A stretch of DNA of 64,000 nucleotides from Solirubrobacterales bacterium. GTDB taxonomy: Bacteria; Actinomycetota; Thermoleophilia; Solirubrobacterales; 70-9. Below are positions 61,839 through 64,000 of the stretch, piece by piece. The notes under the pieces were generated by a model that saw only the letters and a list, made by a program, of their open reading frames with translations, was not told the DNA's origin and searched no databases. The DNA is taken from positions 4,687-68,686 of the forward strand of contig JAWVEZ010000106.1 in NCBI GenBank assembly GCA_033856455.1. Reading direction: 5' to 3'. The stretch's first letter is position 1. The number at the start of each line of letters is the position of its first letter. The position numbers and the translations under genes were made by a program.

Positions 61839-63793
61839 GGTCGAGGGCATTGCGCGTTTGCGTCGGCGCCCTCGCGGCGATGGCGATGGCCTGGGCCCCG
61901 GCAGTCACTCAGGCCGCGCCCTACCCGTTTCTGAAAGTGGCCGCGACGGGTACGCCCGGGAGCTCGGTCAGCCAACCCTTCGACGACGCCTGCGGGCTCG
62001 CCGTCGATGAGAGCGCACGCCTCTTCGTCTCGGACTACCACCACGGCCTCGTCGCAAGGTTCGGGACCGAACTGTTCCCCCCTCCTCCGTCGGAACCCGA
62101 GCTCGTCGTTCCCTATCAGTCCAAATTCGTCTCGACGGAACAGGAAAACTCCCCCTGTGCGATCGCCGCCGACTCCTCCGGAGACGTCTTCGCGGCCAAC
62201 TTCCACCAGGGCGTGGTCCGCTACCCGGCCGCCGGCGCTCCGCAGGCGATCGCGCCCGGCCACGCCACCGGTCTCGCCGTCGACAGGGCCACCGGCACTC
62301 TCTACGTCACCTACCGTGACCACGTCGCCGCCTACAGCGCGCCGGTCACCCCCCTGAGTGTGCCCATCTCGATTGGCCTGGGCTCCCTCGGCGACGCCTA
62401 TGGCGCCGCCGTCTCCGGCTTCGCCGCCACCGCGGGCTATCTCTACGTCGCCGACGCCACCGATGACACCGTCAAGGTCTTCGACCCCGCCGCCGACCCG
62501 GTCAACCCAGTGGCCACGATCGACGGCGCCGCGACGCCCCCGGGCGAGTTCCGTGAGCTCGCCGATGCGAGCCTGGCGGTCGACGACAACAGCGGCGACA
62601 TCTTCGTTCTCGACAATCTCCAGCCCGGATTCGAGCACCCGGCCGCGGCGGTCTACGGTTTCAGGTCGAACGGCGGGTACCTCGGCCGATTGCCCAAAGG
62701 AATCGTCCACGGTGGCCCGTCGGGGTTGGCGATCGACAACTCCGCCGCCGACACCCGGGGCCTGATCTACGTCACCTCGGGCAACGAGATCGTGCTCAAC
62801 CCGAGCACGCAGCAGGACGAGGGCTCGCAGGTCTACGCCTTCTGTCCGAGGATCCCGGCTTCGGTCGCCCTCGCGCTCGCCTGTCCCGATCCGACTCCAG
62901 CCCTGCCGCTCGAGGTGATCCGCGCCGGGAATGGCGCAGGTTCCGTGACTGGCACCGGTGCCCAGATCCAGTGCGGCGTGCTCTGCGCGACCGAAGCGGA
63001 CCAGGGGGCGATCGTGACCCTGGTCGCCACCCCGAAACCGCACTCGGCCTTCTCTGGCTGGACGGTGACGGGGGGCAGCTCCAGTTGTGGGACGGCGCCG
63101 ATCTGCAAACTGACGCTCAGCTCCGCGGCGCAGGTCACCGCAACCTTTGCCGCGATTCCGCAGCGGCAGCTGACGGTGACGACGACCGGCTCCGGCTCCC
63201 TGACCAGCTCCCCGGTCGGGCTCGACTGTGGAGCCACCTGCGTCGCCGGGTTCGACCAGGGCACCGTCGTCACGCTTCATCCCGAACCGGGGCCGGGAGC
63301 GGAATTCACCGGCTGGTCCGGTGCGTGCGGTGGCACCGGCGTCTGCAAAGTCGCCCTCTCAGCCGACGCCAGCGTCGGGGCCTTCTTCAAGCCGATCGAG
63401 CGCGTCGCCCCGATCCCTCCCGGAGAGAGCCTGCGGGTCCTCGCGATCTCGGTCGGCGGAGAAGGCGCCGGCACGATCACCTCCGACCCGGCGGGGATCG
63501 AGTGTGGTACCCCTTGCTCGGTTGCCTACCCGCCGGGCCAGACCGTCACTCTGAGCGCCACCCCTAACCCGGAATCGCGGTTCGTGGGCTGGTCGGGCTG
63601 CGATCTGGTCGCGGCCGGCCGCTGCACCGTGACGCTTGCCACCTCTCGAACTGTCGGTGCCGCCTTCGCCGAGGCGAAGCCAAGGAAGACGAAGCCGTGT
63701 CGCAAGAAGCAGAGCGGCAAGAACCGCAAGGGGTCGAAGTGCAAGGGCGCCAGGAACGGGAAGGCAGCCGGGAAGGGCAGGGGACGGCGATGA
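61835..63793 (+). CDS. 652-aa secreted protein P5: NHL-type propeller-like region, three Cys-containing InlB-B-repeat-like modules and polybasic tail
   Basis: ATGA overlap with P4. Signal peptide MRSRALRVCVGALAAMAMAWAPAVTQA. Blade-like motifs GLAVDRATGTLYVT, YLYVADATDDTVKVFD, LAVDDNSGDIFVLD and GLAIDNSAADTRGLIYVT. Ends KPRKTKPCRKKQSGKNRKGSKCKGARNGKAAGKGRGRR. Confidence 0.8.
   Translation: MRSRALRVCVGALAAMAMAWAPAVTQAAPYPFLKVAATGTPGSSVSQPFDDACGLAVDESARLFVSDYHHGLVARFGTELFPPPPSEPELVVPYQSKFVSTEQENSPCAIAADSSGDVFAANFHQGVVRYPAAGAPQAIAPGHATGLAVDRATGTLYVTYRDHVAAYSAPVTPLSVPISIGLGSLGDAYGAAVSGFAATAGYLYVADATDDTVKVFDPAADPVNPVATIDGAATPPGEFRELADASLAVDDNSGDIFVLDNLQPGFEHPAAAVYGFRSNGGYLGRLPKGIVHGGPSGLAIDNSAADTRGLIYVTSGNEIVLNPSTQQDEGSQVYAFCPRIPASVALALACPDPTPALPLEVIRAGNGAGSVTGTGAQIQCGVLCATEADQGAIVTLVATPKPHSAFSGWTVTGGSSSCGTAPICKLTLSSAAQVTATFAAIPQRQLTVTTTGSGSLTSSPVGLDCGATCVAGFDQGTVVTLHPEPGPGAEFTGWSGACGGTGVCKVALSADASVGAFFKPIERVAPIPPGESLRVLAISVGGEGAGTITSDPAGIECGTPCSVAYPPGQTVTLSATPNPESRFVGWSGCDLVAAGRCTVTLATSRTVGAAFAEAKPRKTKPCRKKQSGKNRKGSKCKGARNGKAAGKGRGRR
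62903..63670 (+). repeat. three ~75-85-aa protein-level repeats (G-x-G-x-V/I-T-S-x-P-x-G-I/L-x-CG-x-x-C ... F-x-GW-S/T-G-x-C ... C-x-V/L-x-L ... F)
   Basis: By-eye alignment of P5 residues ~357-440, 445-518 and 533-612. The pattern matches my recollection of the divergent InlB B-repeat family. Confidence 0.6.
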
Positions 63794-64000
63794 GGCGCCT
63801 GGCCACCACCGGGTGCCTGCTCGTCTTCGCACTCGCGGCGCTCGCCCAGGCCGAGATAGTCCAGCGCGGCAACTTGCGGATCGCCGTCGACGGCCAGATC
63901 TCCCCGGAGAGGCTGCCGCGCGAGGGCTCGGCCCCGGTGCGGGTCTCGGTCTTCGCCGAGATCGCCTCGACCAAGAAGGGGACGAGCCCGCCGCAGCTGC
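63790..64000 (+). CDS. 3'-truncated secreted protein P6
   Basis: ATGA overlap with P5. I translate MRRLATTGCLLVFALAALAQAEIVQRGNLRIAVDGQISPERLPREGSAPVRVSVFAEIASTKKGTSPPQL. The frame is open to the window end, so it is absent from the ORF track. Confidence 0.65.
   Translation, partial: MRRLATTGCLLVFALAALAQAEIVQRGNLRIAVDGQISPERLPREGSAPVRVSVFAEIASTKKGTSPPQL

Noticed and set aside
53775-63280. Long antisense ORFs within the secreted-protein operon (53775-55607, 55635-57221, 60087-61850, 61751-63280; 56905-57984)
   Set aside because: They have the same low-complexity R/G/D/V/A composition. The sense-strand products have signal peptides, internal paralogy and domain repeats that the antisense frames lack.
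53596-63790. Polybasic tails as a mere by-product of purine-rich Shine-Dalgarno sequences for the overlapping downstream genes
   Set aside because: An SD needs about 6-8 nt, whereas the tails span 14 to about 45 codons. Four of the five carry positioned Cys residues, and P3 shows an internal KKKPG duplication. The effect may still contribute to the last few codons (for example ggacggcgATGA), so I note it as a caveat rather than an explanation.
50095-63793. Sortase (LPXTG), PEP-CTERM, PGF-CTERM or T9SS-type sorting of P1-P5
   Set aside because: No LPXTG-like motif followed by a hydrophobic segment is present. No C-terminal transmembrane helix is present, and there is no recognisable CTD. All five proteins end in hydrophilic basic sequence.
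1-64000. CRISPR arrays, tRNA/rRNA genes, transposases, integrases, prophage or plasmid genes
   Set aside because: I found no regularly spaced direct repeats with unique spacers. I saw no cloverleaf-like or rRNA-like AT-richer segments in the short intergenic gaps, and no DDE/tyrosine/serine recombinase-like translations. By eye, composition is uniform across the three blocks, so I do not call a mobile island. A tRNAscan/Infernal run would be needed to exclude small RNAs formally.

Overview
This is a very GC-rich, actinobacterial-type chromosomal segment with strong third-position GC bias and many 4-nt ATGA/GTGA start-stop overlaps. I call about 60 protein genes. I see no rRNA, tRNA, CRISPR array, transposase or integrase. 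The window falls into three blocks. (i) 0.2-44.3 kb is a dense CoA-thioester catabolic island. It holds two paralogous hydantoinase-A / hydantoinase-B pairs whose B subunits carry a C-terminal 4-Cys extension resembling the acetone-carboxylase gamma subunit. It also holds four stand-alone AMP-forming acyl-CoA synthetases, two family-III CoA-transferases (one strongly resembling alpha-methylacyl-CoA racemase), an SCPx-type thiolase and an HSD17B10-like 3-hydroxyacyl-CoA dehydrogenase. Further genes are acyl-CoA dehydrogenases, crotonases, MaoC hydratases, an APH-type kinase plus a small coupled ORF next to an ACAD10/11-like dehydrogenase (LvaABC-like logic), two luciferase-like oxidoreductases, a fused E1 alpha-beta TPP enzyme, a CUT2-type ABC importer and three conventional TetR regulators. 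A 20-bp palindrome, TGTACCGA-N4-TCGGTACA, recurs at four promoter-proximal sites in this block. (ii) 44.3-50.0 kb holds eight consecutive full-length paralogous TetR-like genes (five on the minus strand, three on the plus strand, divergent), all sharing an invariant Cys just after the HTH. (iii) 50.1-64.0 kb, continuing past the window end, is an operon of at least six translationally coupled large secreted proteins. They contain FN3-like repeats, PD40/NHL-type propeller-like repeats, a duplicated ~1000-aa Cys-paired multidomain protein and InlB-B-repeat-like modules. The five complete proteins each end in a polybasic K/R/G-rich C-terminal tail, with no LPXTG or hydrophobic anchor. Blocks (ii) and (iii) together are my best candidate for an undescribed system. 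The gamma-fused carboxylase-like enzymes and the shared operator are the next most interesting items. All functional calls come from by-eye motif recognition on the supplied translations. No database search was run.
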